This document shows, in pieces, positions 27,336 to 41,705 of a stretch of 64,000 bases of DNA (positions are counted from its first letter, which is position 1; each line of letters starts with the position of its first letter). The position numbers were made by a program, and so were the translations under genes. The DNA is from Eledone cirrhosa. Its lineage: Eukaryota. Below the pieces are notes generated by a model that was given only the letters and a program-made list of their open reading frames with translations, was not told the origin of the DNA and ran no database searches. The stretch lies in contig OZ024750.1 of NCBI GenBank assembly GCA_964016885.1, forward strand, positions 18,786,001-18,850,000, read 5' to 3'.

Positions 27336-27788
27336 ATCTCAGCAGAGCTGGTCTGTCCCAAGTATAATTCTGATCTCCCCCCCCTCTCTCTCCCTCTCTC
27401 TCTCTCTATATATATATTTGTGTGTGTATATATGTGTGTGTGTATGTGTGAGTGTGTGTGTGTGCAGCATTTAATGATTTAACACAACTTTGTGCAACGT
27501 CGCATGACCAGCATATACATTATATTACGATATTTGAAGCAGTAACTAACATTGTACAGATATGCACCAGTTATTATTGTAGCCGCACCTACGTTCGTCC
27601 TAGATATAACAAGTATAGGATTAAACAAAAACACACTAATAAACATAATGTATATTTCACTTGAGCTTCTACGTATTCACTCAACATAGCTAGAAATAGC
27701 AGGCAGATCTTCCTCAAACGGAGTTTTATTTTCTTAAATTAATTAGGACGAATGCAGTGGATTAATCTATTTGTTTCTAGATGCACTA

Positions 27789-27867
<79 letters not shown>

Positions 27868-28119
27868 TTTAAAGACGCTGGTCTGAGACCTTTACTTCCC
27901 TCCGAAGAAGAGATATTATCTCGAAAATTAAGGACATTTAAATAAATTCAAGGTGAAAGACGAATTCACATCAATATCTTTCACTATTGCATTCTTTTTT
28001 CTATGTCCATATCTGCATTGTCTTGGCCTTATTACACATATTCTAACGTTTATACCTCATTACACAATGCTTCAAGTGAACTATAACCTCCTCCTATATA
28101 TATATATATATATATATAT

Positions 28120-28642
28120 GTAGATAAATCTACCAAGAGTTTACGGTAGTGTCCAATCCGTATGAAGAACTCAATGTATTCCGGATATCATGGAAAGAAG
28201 AGATGTAATGAAAAATCACTTTCGGTGAAAGATAAACGGTATACAGAGTCAAGATAAAATATTAAACAAATAATGAACAAACAATTCCTTATATTAAACA
28301 AAAAAAGTTCATTATTTAACGATCGTTTCTAGGATATATATGTGTTAGAATTGGTATGCATATTCAACAGATCTATGTACAAAATTATACAAAATTATAC
28401 AAATTATCAAGATTAAATATACATACCAACACATATATACGCCGTCTTCAGAAATAAAGACGGCGTATATATGTGTTGGTATGTATATTTAATCTTGATA
28501 ATTTGTATAATTTTGTATAATTTTGTACATAGATCTGTTGAATATGCATACCAATTCTAACACATATATATCCTAGAAACGATCGTTAAATAATGAACTT
28601 TTTTTGTTTAATATAAGGAATTGTTTGTTCATTATTTGTTTA

Positions 28643-28651
<9 letters not shown>
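28120..28651 (-). mobile_element. Large hairpin element with 195-bp arms and a tail
   Basis: Arms 28254-28448 and 28457-28651 with an 8-nt loop; tail 28120-28253; (TA)n on both sides. Confidence 0.8.
28313..28456 (-). ncRNA. Hammerhead ribozyme with a ~115-nt stem II domain
   Basis: tattt CTGAAGA [cggcgtatatatgtgttggtatg...cataccaattctaacacatatatatccta] GAAA cgatcg TT^ aaata. Confidence 0.7.
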
Positions 28652-28683
<32 letters not shown>

Positions 28684-28798
28684 ACTAAGTAGCGACGCTT
28701 AGAGCATTGTTGGATCTAATGGATCACGACTGCCTAGGGCTAAATATTACTAACGAATAAATTTAAGATGCAACAATTACAATACTAGACAATCGCGT

Positions 28799-29020
<222 letters not shown>

Positions 29021-29351
29021 TATATATATATATACGTGGTATATATATATATATATATATATACACGTGGTAACTCAACATGCTAGAAATAGTAAGCAAG
29101 CTTCTTCAAATCACTTACAAACGTGTTTTTTTATTTATTTATTGGAACAGATGCTTTGGATAATGTTTATTCATAAAAACACTATATAAAAAAAAAAATT
29201 AAGACTATGGTGATGGTTTCAACATCCTTGATCATAGGTCTAATAGATTATGATTGATCTAGAGCTAAACGAAATATTCGATAGAAGCAGCTAGCTCCGT
29301 AGTAAATAACTACAACACGTAGCAAAAAGATTGGCTTCTGTAAGCGAGCTG

Positions 29352-29365
29352 GTTGCTATGACAAC
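29352..29365. promoter_or_regulatory. Candidate RFX X-box (GTTGCTATGACAAC)
   Basis: Close match to the GTTGCCATGGCAAC consensus in non-repetitive DNA; no linked gene identified. Confidence 0.25.
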
Positions 29366-30294
29366 CGTTTATAAAACAAATGTTCATGCCAAGACATTTT
29401 TTGTAAACATTGTGCGTCGTAAAGGTGTAAAGTTAAAGAACGCCATGTCCTTGGGTGTGAGGCGCTTGTTCCTTCACTGTTGGAGCAGTCTCATTTCATT
29501 TACGTCATTGATGTTTACGAAATAACAAACATAGGCGTCATAACAACATTCTGTTTTACCTGGAAAACAACAGCAACAACTATTGGGCGGTGTAAAGCTT
29601 CTATAACAATTGTTTCTACTTTTTGATACAAGACCAGCAATTATCCCAGTGCATTACTGGTGCTTTATTTTATCGACCCCGTAAGGATGAAAGGCAAAGT
29701 TAACCCCGGCGAGATTTGAACTCAGACCATAAAGGGTCGTAACTCTCTGCTGCAAAACGTGGCGTCCGACCCTCTACCGATACTGCCAATCTACCGCCCT
29801 AAAGTTTCTATTATAATTGTTTCTGCTTTTGGCACAAGGCCAGCAATTATCCTAGTGTATTACTGGTACTTTATTTTATCGACTCCGTAAGGATGAAAGG
29901 CAAAGTTAACCTCGGCGGGATTTGAACTCAGACCATAAAGGGCCGTAACTCTTTGCTGCAATACATGGCGTCCGACCCTCTACCGATACTGCCAATCCAC
30001 TGCCCTATTACAATGGTTTCTAATCATGGTCCAGGGTCAGCACATGTGGGAGAGAGGGAAGGAAATCGATGGTATTATTATAAAAGGAGGGAGATTGGCA
30101 GAATCGGTGGAGCGTCGGAAAACATGCTTTGCGACATAGAGTTACGGCTCTTTACGATCTGAGTTCAAATCCCTTTGAGGTTAACTTTACCTTTCATCCT
30201 TACGAGGTCGATAAAATAAAACACCAGTAATGCATTGGCCTTTTTTCCTAAATCGGAAACAAATACCGATGCTCTAACGATAACACAATTCGTC

Positions 30295-30438
<144 letters not shown>

Positions 30439-31596
30439 GAGAGGTATAGAGATTGTTTTAGCAAGAAGCTAACGGCATTCTATAACATATGCGACTATAA
30501 CGTCGGGAAAAGTAGTTAACGAAAGATTTAGGAAAAATAACTCAAACTCATCTCAAAAGAGAATCAGGATACAAATTCATCCACAGAATTTAGTAAAATC
30601 CAGGGAAAAATCTGTAGACCTTTAACTCATGATAAAACAAAGTCTGAAACACTTATCCTTCAATTTGGAATAACATCAAATGCTCTGTATAGTCTTAAAA
30701 GACTATTTCATGAAAACTTTCAGTGGAGATGGTCACGGTTGGAATATCATTCATCAGCAGAGCTCAACAGAAAACCAGGGCTCTCACAGTAATATAGTCC
30801 GAAAAAGGGAATTCTAAAACTGGCTAGTTCACCTTCATGTGTATTTATGAAAAAGCACATGAGGAAAAAACGGGGCTAGTAACGTCAGGATGGAAGTGAA
30901 TGTTTATTTACAAGAAATAGCAGTCAAATACATTCTGAAAAAAAACTCTACAAAGGAGTTCAGCAAAATAGCAATAATTATCACAGTTTTTATGAAAAAA
31001 ACCGGGATTAGTCACAGATAGTTTAAGCACTCTAGGAAAAGAATATATATATATATATATATTTATTTATTTATTGTATGTATACAATCACACCTATAAT
31101 ATAGTTAATTTTATGTATATGTATAGCTATAGTAATAAAAATGGATTACTCAATCGAGGAAATGAGTGTATATCTATATCAATAAGGTTGCGTCAATAAC
31201 ACCAGCTATGTAATGTGTATGTCGTCAACAAACTATATATAGAAAGAACTATTAAACAATAGTGACACTAACTTACAAGATAGCGCCAAATAAAAAAAAA
31301 GAGGAAAACAGTTTCAACTCCTTCCCACGAACAGTGTGCGTGTACAAGTTGCGTGGCCTAGAGGTTAAGGTGTTTAGCTCACGGTCATGCAGCCGTGAGA
31401 TCAAAACCCAGTGGCGCGTTGTATTTTTGAGCAAGACACTTTATAATACTTTCAAGTGTACAATTGTGTGGCCTAGAGGTTAAGATGTTTGGCTCACGAT
31501 TGTGCAGACATGAGATCAAAACCCAGTGTCGCGTTGTATTCTTGAACAAGACACCTTATTCTATGTTGCTTTAGTACACCTAGCTAACTGGTAATT

Positions 31597-32051
31597 CCAA
31601 TAAACCTTCATTAATTTGCAACTACTTCTCCTGCTTAAACATTCAGATGTTTTATAAGGCAGGGAATGAAAAAACAGAAGCAGTTTCTGGTTTGAGATGA
31701 AAGAATGGTATTTAACTCATGTAATGGTACGCGATGGGGCCCACCCACAGCCCCGGCGGACAGAATGGAGAAGGCGTTTCCCCGGAGGACGGCAAGGGAG
31801 ACGCGCTGGAAAAGTCACTCCAACTCGCGGGGCTCACACCTACGGCTGGCCAGCTCAGCGCCTATGGTGGTGAGTAAGGAGGTAGCCCTGGGGCCGAGGA
31901 CACCAGAAGTTTCCACTGCCAGAGGAACGACCGCAAACCTGTCGGAGAACGACCGGTATTTGAGGAGTTTGGCCCCCTCAGCCCGACGTGCAGCAGAACC
32001 TGGGTCAGTCGCAGACTGCACCAGGTTGCGGCTGCAGAAAGTGTCGGTGCA
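31597..32051 (-). mobile_element. 5'-truncated CRE-like non-LTR element (REL C-terminus) with a 15-bp TSD
   Basis: ...AARRAEGAKLLKY...PLAVETSGVLGPRA...LFQRVSLAVLRGNA. TSD agctaactggtaatt at 31582-31596 and 32052-32066; inserted in a SINE. Confidence 0.8.
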
Positions 32052-33529
32052 AGCTAACTGGTAATTAAAGGATCAGCCTTGTCATGTTGAATCTCCCTGA
32101 GCGTGTCTGTGGAAGGTTCAGCCACTTGCTAGTTCAACACTTTCTCTTATTCTGGTATAGAAACTTAGTATTATTATGTAGAGCCTCGAACACCATGCTT
32201 TGCAGCATATAATTACGCCCCTTAACATTCTAAGCTCAAATCCCACCGAGGTTAGCTTAACGTTTCACCTTACGAGGGTCGATAAAATAAAGTAGCAGTA
32301 ACGCACTGGAGTCAATTTAATTGTCTTTCCCCACCTCCAACATTGTTGGCCCCGTGCCTAAATCAGAAACCATTATTAGACATGTACCATTCCCAAGAGA
32401 TCCATGACAACATATATAATCTATGTATACATATAGTACAAAGAACTACATGTGAGAAAGAAACAAAAATGGCGGCTATTTTGAAAACTGGCTGACAACA
32501 ATTTAATGGATTTCAACAAAATTTACGCAAGGGTATCTTGTACATAGGCGCATCTGTAATACATCTCACATATATGTAACGTTTTTGACCGGTGGGGTGG
32601 AGATTTTGATTTAAAGAATTTGGGCCGATGGGGTTTTTGTCCTAAGGTTTTTGTTCGGTGTAGGTTTTGTCATGGATCCAAATAAAGCACATATACATTC
32701 ATGCATGCATACATACATACATACATACATACATACATACACACATACATACATACATACATACATACATACATACATACATACATGTTTGTTTCAATAG
32801 TGTCCTTATATGACAGGATAAGATTTTGTTTCTGTGACACAATTTTGTCTTTATTTTTAATTATACATTATTACATTAAGAAACCATTATTATGTGACAC
32901 ATAGGTGGACACAAGGGCGGTGGATTGGCAGTATCGGTAGAGGGTTAGACACCATGCTTTGACGCATAGAGTTACGGCCCTTTCCATTCTGATTTCATAT
33001 CCCGCCGAGGTCAAACTTTGCCTTTCATCCTTACGGGATCGATAAATAAAGTACCAGTAATGCACTGCATAATTGCTGGCCTTGTGCCAAAAGTAGAAAC
33101 CATTATTATGCGACACATAAAACTTTCATTCTCTGACACAGAATATATTTTCACTAAAATGATTCCCTGAATTACATCTGCTGCTATTATCGTTTTTTAC
33201 ATTTTATCCTTCAGAAATGTAACTAAATTTTCATAATTAAAAAAAAACTAAATCATCTTTATCCGCAGTTTATTGCAAAAATATAATACTGCTTTTTTTT
33301 TTTCTTTTTAGTCGGGGTTTTTAGTGAAGGTTGTATGTACCTGGCTGTTGATTAATTGGCAACCTGGTTTTATACGAACACAAAGAGTTTCGGGAGGGGG
33401 AATCTGTGGAAAAAAAAAAGTGTGTGTGGGAGGGGGGGGACTTCCTACAGGGTTTGTCAGTAACGTTTGACAGTTTTTCATGAAGAATTTCATAACATTA
33501 TAAAGTTTCTACTTTGATATGTTATTCTT

Positions 33530-33571
<42 letters not shown>

Positions 33572-34844
33572 AGTATTTAGGGTTTGTATCCTAAAATATC
33601 AAGTTCAAGAGATCTTTATAAGTCTCCCTGTAATATATGGGCTTCGTATCGTGAAATACCAAGTTTAAAGGGTTTTTTTTAAAAGAAGTCTCTCATTAGA
33701 ATTTCGGTTCGTATCATGAATAAATAGCTGGAGACTACTGAGCTAACACAATGATGATGTCAATGTTTTCTATTTTAGGTACAATGCCAGCATTTTGGGA
33801 TTGGGAGTCTATTGAATCGACTCCAGGACTTAAATGAAACTTTATTTTTTATTAACCCCAGAAGGATGGAAGGCAAAGTTTGCCCTGGTAGAATTTGGAA
33901 CTCAGAACGCATAAATACAAGAAATTTTATCTGGCGCTCCAAAGTTTCTACTAATTCATCGCTCTCTAACAACGACATTAAAGAAAGCAACGCGAAGCAG
34001 ACGATAACTGAAAGCAGACGACAATTAAAAGATAGACGATAACTAAAAGCAGACGGTAACTATAGAGCAGACGACAGTTAGTAATCATCTAATATCTACA
34101 CATCATATGCTAACTAGAAAACTGGATCAGAGGTCACCGATCATATCTATTTTCTCATACACCAATTCACACGAAAACTAAATTAATTTATGATAATAGA
34201 TACTCAAACTTGATTAACACAATTAAACATTATAGGCTTCTTTTTCCTTTTGTCACCAATTAAACACTGTTCAAAGTTTCAAACAATATATACTATAATA
34301 AGTAATTGAGTCGATCGGATCGACTTTAAGGCGGTACCCCAACATGGTCAAGGTTTAATGACTGAAAGCAGATGTGTGTGTCGTTAGAGCGATAGACATT
34401 TGTTCGGAGTCTCTGCATTGTGAGTTCTACCCATCCATAGGAGGTAAATTGTTTGTTAATATGTGTATATGCAGGGATGTTACCATTAGAGTCAACTAGG
34501 TAACCGCTTAGCGCGAAGACTTAAAGGAGCGTATTGATAAACTTTAAAGGATCACAGTTTTAAACAAATTTGTATAATTAACGTAAATATTTTATTTCCT
34601 GCGATCAGTAAATAAATCAGAAAACATTTCTGTCACTTATCAGCGCTGTGGAAATATTCAACACTATGTAGAGGGTCGTATGGTGTTACATCCTGGCAGA
34701 AGATGTGACATGGATGGGCGGGGACTGGATTGTGTAGTGGAAAATGCAGGTGTAATAAATTTCGTAGTACGGTCAGAGTAAGAAGTATCAAAAACTGTGT
34801 TCATCAGCTTACCAAATTATTTTATTTCAGAGAACAGGGCCCAC

Positions 34845-35080
34845 GTTTAGAGCTAGTTTATGACACTAAATACCCAGACACACATTGTAGGGCTAGCTTG
34901 ATACGCTAAATACCCCAGCGGACATTGTATGGGCAACTTAGGACGCTAAATACCCAAGCGCACATTGTTGAGCTAGCCTACGTTGCTAAATACTCAGACA
35001 CGTATTTTAATAGTAGTCTAGCCTACTAAATACCCAGGCGCACATTAGAGGGCTTGTTTAGAGCGATAAATACGCAGACG
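34845..35080. repeat. ~40-bp tandem repeat (ctaaatacccag...cacattg...gctag)
   Basis: About 6 diverged units. Confidence 0.75.
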
Positions 35081-35278
35081 TCACAAATACATCTGTCTGT
35101 GTGTATGAGTATATATGAATGTATGTAAGTATATGTGTGCGTGCATGTCTTGGGGAAAGAGCTTGATAAAAGATTTTGAAATAACTTCATATACATACAT
35201 ACATACATACATACATACATACATACATACATACATACATACATACATACACACACACATATATATATATAGTATGTA

Positions 35279-35383
<105 letters not shown>

Positions 35384-35510
35384 AAAAACAACATTAGTTT
35401 AACAATAAAATACAATGCTAGAATAGTTGGAAAATAGGCTTAACGTATAAAGGGATGTCATTAAGTACCGCAAAGCATTAAATTATGTATATATATATAC
35501 ATATATATAT

Positions 35511-35720
35511 AGTAATAATAATAAATTTGAAGACTAAAATCCAAAGAGGGCTCGATAAGGATAAATATATATCAAATATATAAGAACCGTAGAGCAAATA
35601 TTTATTAAAATAACAGATTAAATTTAAGCAAAGAATCGCTGCTTTCACCCTTAACGGGATCTTCTGAAGATCCCGTTAAGGGTGGTAGCAGCGATTCTTT
35701 GCTTAAACTTTAATCTGTTA

Positions 35721-35728
<8 letters not shown>
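35511..35728 (-). mobile_element. Hairpin-plus-tail element, CAGAAGA family
   Basis: Palindrome centred at 35665 with ~62-bp arms; tail 35511-35602. Confidence 0.75.
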
Positions 35729-35801
<73 letters not shown>

Positions 35802-36649
35802 GATTTACTTGTAAACTTTTTTGTAATTTTTTTTTTAAAATAAAGTTTAGATTTCAAAATACAAAACCTAATAGAAAATCCTGTAAAATAAATATATTTT
35901 CTTTTGGATGAAAGATTAAAAAGGATATGTAAACAATACCTTTCTTTAGAATTGTGTGTATTTTATAAAATTTTCAAAAACTATTTGTTTCCTCTTGGAA
36001 TAAAAATAAGTTAAAGTGTTTTCTTTTTCGCGCTGTGTATATGTGTAAACGGGTTTGTATTTATCAATTTATACCCGTTTAGCTTCTTTCTCTCTCTTCG
36101 TGTCTGTAAAAGTCCTGAATTATTGAACTTACGGGCACTAACCCGTATATATATAGCTGAACGAGTAAGTATGTGTCTGTGTATGTATGTATTATGTATG
36201 TATGTATGTATGTATGTATGTATGTATGTATGTATGTATGTATGTATGTATGTATGTATGTATGTATGTATGTATGTATGTATGTATGTATGTATGTATG
36301 TATGTATGTATGCATGTATGTATGTACATGAATATCAGCGTTATATCACGAGCAAGGTATTTCATTGGCCAATCTCTTGTCCAATCTCATCAACAAGTGT
36401 AAGAAAAAAATAAATGCAAAAATGAACTGGCTTTAAAAATATAAAATACCCAAAGATAATTGTTTCTACTTTTGGCACAAGGCCAGCAATTACCCAGTGT
36501 ATAACTGACCCAAATATAATAAAAGAAAGACAGGTAAACACACACACACACACGTATATATATATATATATATATACACACACAAACACACATATATAAA
36601 ATATATATATATATATATATACAAACATACACATATATATGTGTATGTA

Positions 36650-36706
<57 letters not shown>

Positions 36707-37000
36707 TTATATCTATCTATATATATATATATATATGTGCGTGTGTGTATATACATATATATATATGTGTGTGTGTGAGTGTGTGTGTTGGGGGGGGGGG
36801 TTATCGGATCAATCAGCCAATCAAAATTTTCACTGTGATTGTTAAGAGTTCTTTCTAAGTTATTTAGTTTATTTCTAGGAATAAGAAATATATGTTCACG
36901 CACACCCACACACACATACACACACACACATACAGTATATATTGATATTGTTGATGTATGTCTATATTTATTTTTAATGTCTATTACTCCAACTTTCCAT

Positions 37001-37019
<19 letters not shown>

Positions 37020-37033
<14 letters not shown>

Positions 37034-37660
37034 GTTTAACGTCCATCTTCCACGCTTGCATGGGTTTGGACGGGAGTTTTCCCACTTGAGGCAAGATTGG
37101 TTGTCCTGCTCGTATAGGACTGTCTGGCGGGTTTTCTATGGCTGGATGCCCTTCCTAACACCAACCACGTTTACGGTGTGGACTGGGAGGTTTTTACCGT
37201 GTTACCTACACGGCCACATTACAGCGTGGACTGTGTGTTTTTTTTTGTCGTGACACCTACACGTCTGGCGGGTTTTCTACGGCTGGGTGCCCTTCCCAAC
37301 ACCAACCACGTTTACAGTGTGAACTGGGAGGTTTTTACCGTGTTACCTACACGGCCACATTACAGCGTGGACTGTGTGTTTTTTTTGTCGTGACACCTAC
37401 ACGTCTGGCGGGTTTTCTACGGCTGGGTGCCCTTCCCAACACCAACCACGTTTACAGTGTGAACTGGGAGGTTTTTACCGTGTTACCTACACGGCCACAT
37501 TACAGCGTGGACTGTGTGTTTTTTTTTGTCGTCACACCTACACGACCTCATTTGTTTCGGACTGGATGTTGTGGTACCAACATAACTTCACATTGAAGGG
37601 GGTGGTATGGATGGGGTGGGGGTAGTGTGACAGGGGTGTATTTTTGTTAGAGGTGCCTCT
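37020..37660 (-). mobile_element. RTE 3' UTR-derived element with an internal ~140-bp triplication
   Basis: Matches 4465-4830; the unit tctggcgggttttcta...cacctacacg is repeated three times. A duplicated version is at 54595-55055. Confidence 0.7.
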
Positions 37661-39104
37661 ACCGACACTGCCAATCCACTGCCCTTAGTAGAATGATAAT
37701 AATGGTTACGGATTGAAACACAAGGCCAGCAATTTTGGGGAAGAGTAAGTCGATTAAATCGACCCCTATATATCACTGGTATTTTATTTTAACGACTCCC
37801 GTAAGGATGAAAGGCAAAGCTAATCTCGGTGGGATTTGAACTCAGAATGTAAATGTATGTATCTCTATGCCGCAAATACTGCCAGTCCACTTAGTAGAAT
37901 AATAATGATTTCTTTTATAGGCACAAGGCCAGCAATTTTGGGGGAGGGGAAAATCAATTAAATCGACCCCAGTGCGTGACTGGTACTATATTTTATCGAC
38001 CCCGTAAGGATGAAAGGCAAAGCTAACCTCGACGGGATTTGAACTCAGAACGCAAAGAGAAATAACTCTATGTCACAAAGCATGTTGTCCAACGCCCTAC
38101 CAATACTGTCAATCCAATAAAGGCTTGCAATTTGAAGGTGTGAAAGAGAAAGGTGACCTTGGCAGGATTTGAAACATAGAACATAGGCAGTGCCCTCCCT
38201 TAATGAAATACTACAATTGGTAATTTCCTGAACACCCTCAGCAGAGAGCTCAAGTCAGCTGTCGTTGTCTTACTTACTATTTCGAGTACATATCTTTTGA
38301 TTGTATTGAAAGGAAAAAACATGAATTTACTTGGAAATGATTGTCTTTTCATGATGGGCCTCTGATTAGTTTGTCTAAACAAACTAATCCTTTTGATACG
38401 TATTCACCTGAAACCACACCTGGTTCTATTATACAAAACTGCTTGCTTAGCTTTAATTGTTTATATTTATCTAAACACCGTACGTCATGATACTATATGA
38501 GAACTTTTGTTAAGCTATGTTCCAAACACCAACTTAATGAAAAAATTAGATATATGACTGAATTCCTACAAATTCATGATTATTTTCAAAATAATTTGAA
38601 AATTTGCTATTGTATATTTATAAACTGCAGAATTCCCCTCATGATAAATAAAAACCAAAACAGCAGACAAGATACAAACTTGTTTTATCTAACATTATCA
38701 TCATCATGATCATTGTTCAATTTGGCTATGATCATTGTTCAATTTGGCTATGATCATTGTTCATCATGATCATTGTTCAATTTAGCTCTTCCAACTTGTG
38801 GGTCTCGCCCATGTGTGTAGCCAACTCCACTCTGGTAGTAGTCACTAGGGATGTGGTCCAAGGATCGAGAATGCTGGAAGTCAGTATGGTACAACCACAA
38901 TCACCAACAGAGTGGACTGGGTGTTTCTTGTTGTGTCACCAGCACAACACTCTAAGTTAACTTATCATTCAGAAAGAATTTGTAACTCAATGTTTCTAAA
39001 ATAAGATTGTTTATTTATATTTCTGATAAATTTTAAATTTAAAAAAGAAACAAAAAGAATGGACAGTAGCAATTTCATGTAATGACAGCACATCTGTTTT
39101 TAAA

Positions 39105-39265
39105 TATAATTTTATTACAGTTGTATAAATTTACAATAGAATAACATTGCAAATATGTTTTAAATATATACATCACCTGACCCCCTCAGTAAGGTGAGCC
39201 ACCAGTAAAGTCAAGAACTTCGCTGTCAGCGATCAAACTCCACCGAATATCTTGAACGCCACAGG
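39105..39265 (-). other. Candidate terminal exon with poly(A) signal
   Basis: Acceptor atattttttccag|CCTGTG, short ORF to a stop (PVAFKIFGGV* or xCGVQDIRWSLIADSEVLDFTGGSPY*), then AATAAA on the minus strand near 39110. Confidence 0.3.
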
Positions 39266-39682
39266 CTGGAAAAAATATGGAAGGTGTGAGTTTGAGGTAC
39301 ACAGGTGACACTGTCCACATTTTCTCTCCATGGGCATATATGCCCTCCCTATTAGACTCTTTTTCATAGTAAAAAATGTGCGTTGTAGTCCTTAACTATA
39401 AATTGACTTACTTTGCAAAAGATGTATGTATGTAGGTATATAGGTAGGTGAAGATTGTTTGCTATGACCAGATGTTGTTTGTATTAATGATTTGGGTAGT
39501 ACATTGTTCATTGTAGCGTGACTGAATTTACAATAGTAACAGTTGGCTTGATGGCTGTTCTGTGAATTGCTCTCTCCCATATAAAGCACTGTGAACTTTT
39601 GTGACTTATGGCAAATGAATTGTGTGTCTCAGTGAATTGAGCTGGGTGGTTGCCATAGCCAGTAGTTGAAAGTGAAGTTGCC

Positions 39683-39950
39683 TTCTTCTTCTTCTTCGCC
39701 CACTTAATCCTGAGAGGGTTGTTGGGGAAGAGTCCTTAAACACTCCCCCCAACGGATCCTGTCAGAAGCAACCATCTCCAACTGATCCAGCTAGATCCCC
39801 AAGCAAGACCAGCCAAGCTCATGGATGTTATCCAACCATCTTGCTCAGGGTCTACCCCTGGGTCTCTTACCAGATGGTTTTGCCTGTAAAATCTGTCCAG
39901 CAATTCTTTCCTGAGACATTCTAACCACATGCTGTGATCTCTCAATTTAC
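39683..39950 (-). mobile_element. RTE LINE 3' end with (GAA)n tail
   Basis: HVVRMSQERIAGQIL..GKRPRGRP*ARWLD, with stops. Confidence 0.75.
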
Positions 39951-39988
39951 CAATATTCTACAAACAATAAGAAACACCGCTACTTTAA

Positions 39989-40209
39989 CCCTTTAGCATT
40001 TAAACCAGCCATATCCGGCCAGAATTCTCTCACCTCTTTCTGTTCAAACCAGCTGTAACTAGCCACTCATACTGATGTTAAGGTATTGTTCTCAAAATAA
40101 ATAATATCAAAATCTCATAGATTCGGTATAATGTGAGATAATTATGTAAGGTAAGGCCTTTTCCATGAAAACATAATAGTGAATATAGAGTAATGTAAAT
40201 GTTAAAGGG
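39989..40209. mobile_element. piggyBac-type MITE
   Basis: TTAA-CCCTTTAGCATTTA...TAAATGTTAAAGGG-TTAA; second, right-truncated copy at ~6460-6662. Confidence 0.75.
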
Positions 40210-40238
40210 TTAATAATCTTTATTAAGAAATAACTTAC

Positions 40239-40256
40239 GTCAATGTTTTTTAAACA
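40239..40256 (-). CDS. Candidate 18-nt microexon (TGTTTAAAAAACATTGAC; CLKNID in phase 0)
   Basis: Flanked by ttattgtttttccag and gtaagt; length divisible by 3. Confidence 0.35.
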
Positions 40257-40729
40257 CTGGAAAAACAATAAAGATTCAAGGTGAAATTGTGTATTATGTT
40301 TGTGGGACTGGTTTTATGTGAATGTCGTAGTAGTCTGAAAAGATGGATGGAACTAACTTTTGTTGGAATCGAACAATTGCTGTGGACAATTTCATGCAGT
40401 GGGATCAAACCTGGCACTTTATGATTACAAAGCAAACTTCTCAACCATTCGATCATGTTGCATTAACATACGTAATACACACAAATCTGTAGTATATCAA
40501 AGGTTTAATACTATATATGGTCAGAATAGTATAAACCAGTAAAAGATCAATGAAATAATCTTATTGATTTCAATCATGATCACATTAGTTTACTCCATAC
40601 ATGGTAAACCTTTAGTGAAGAAGTGGTGACATATTGAATGTTAAATAATCATTATTAACAACAGCTGCACAGAGAGAATAATACAAATGGCTGATGCTTT
40701 GAAATGACCTACTGATGGCTATTTATATA

Positions 40730-41144
40730 TCTAATGTATGTATGTATGTATGTATGTATATGTGTATGTATGTGTGTATGTATGTGTGTGTGTGTATCTT
40801 TATATGTATGTAGGTAGGTACATATGTATGTATGTATATATATGTATGTTTGAATGTATGTATGTATGTGTGTATGTAGGTACATATATATGTTTGTATG
40901 TATGAATGTATATATGTATGTATATATGTTTGTATGAAACTATGTATGTATGTAGGTACATATGTATCTATGTATGTATGAATGTATGTATGCATGTATA
41001 TATGTTTGTATGAATGAATGTATGTATGTATGTGTGTGTGTATGTATGTGCGTCTATGTATGTATATATGTTTGTGTATGTATGTGCGTCTATGTATGTA
41101 TATATGTTTGTGTATGTATGTACATATGTATGTATGTATGCATG

Positions 41145-41178
<34 letters not shown>

Positions 41179-41270
41179 TGTATGTATGTATGTATGTATG
41201 TATGTATGTATGTATGTATGTGTGTATGTAGGTACATATATATGTATGTATGTATGTATGAATGTATGTA
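40730..41270. repeat. (TATG)n microsatellite complex; many (TA)n, (CA)n, (TATG)n and (TAC)n tracts elsewhere
   Basis: Direct observation. Confidence 0.95.
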
Positions 41271-41359
41271 AGGGTGGAAGAACTCATAAGAGTCAACGGC
41301 CATCCAAAAATGTGTAAATATGTATGTACACATATACATATATATGTATGTGTGCGGGG

Positions 41360-41705
41360 ACATAAAAATAGTCAGGCTGGATACTCGATCGTGCGGTTAA
41401 ACCACTGGGAGTGAAGGACACCTAGCCTTTGTCAGGGCATTTCTCTAAGAGAAGGCAACTCAGGAAACTGGGATGACTCCGATATAAAACCTGCGGCTCA
41501 GTAGTTACCAATGATGTTGATCTTTTCTTCTTTTCGGGTTATAGCTACTGTTGCTCAGAGAGTGGGATTGGCTCAGTGCACAGTCTTTCCTCACTTTAAA
41601 AAATATCTTCACGCACAGGCATTGCATGATAGAATTAATTGATAATTATTAATAATGTTATATTGTGCAATGGCCATACTCGATAACGAGGGGGCAGCCA
41701 TCATC
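41360..41705 (-). mobile_element. Short interspersed element C (second copy 24160-24610, interrupted)
   Basis: Near-identical sequence at both loci; related degenerate segment at 41765-41950. Confidence 0.6.

Noticed and set aside
27898-27933. HHR-like cct CCGAAGA agagat-att-atctc GAAA at TA agg
   Set aside because: Core mutated and stem I only 3 bp; probably a decayed member of the hairpin-element class, so not called as a ribozyme.
34845-35080. CRISPR-like repeat-spacer appearance (also 9515-9710 and 63625-64000)
   Set aside because: The intervening sequences are homologous to each other, so these are minisatellites; eukaryotic context and no cas genes.
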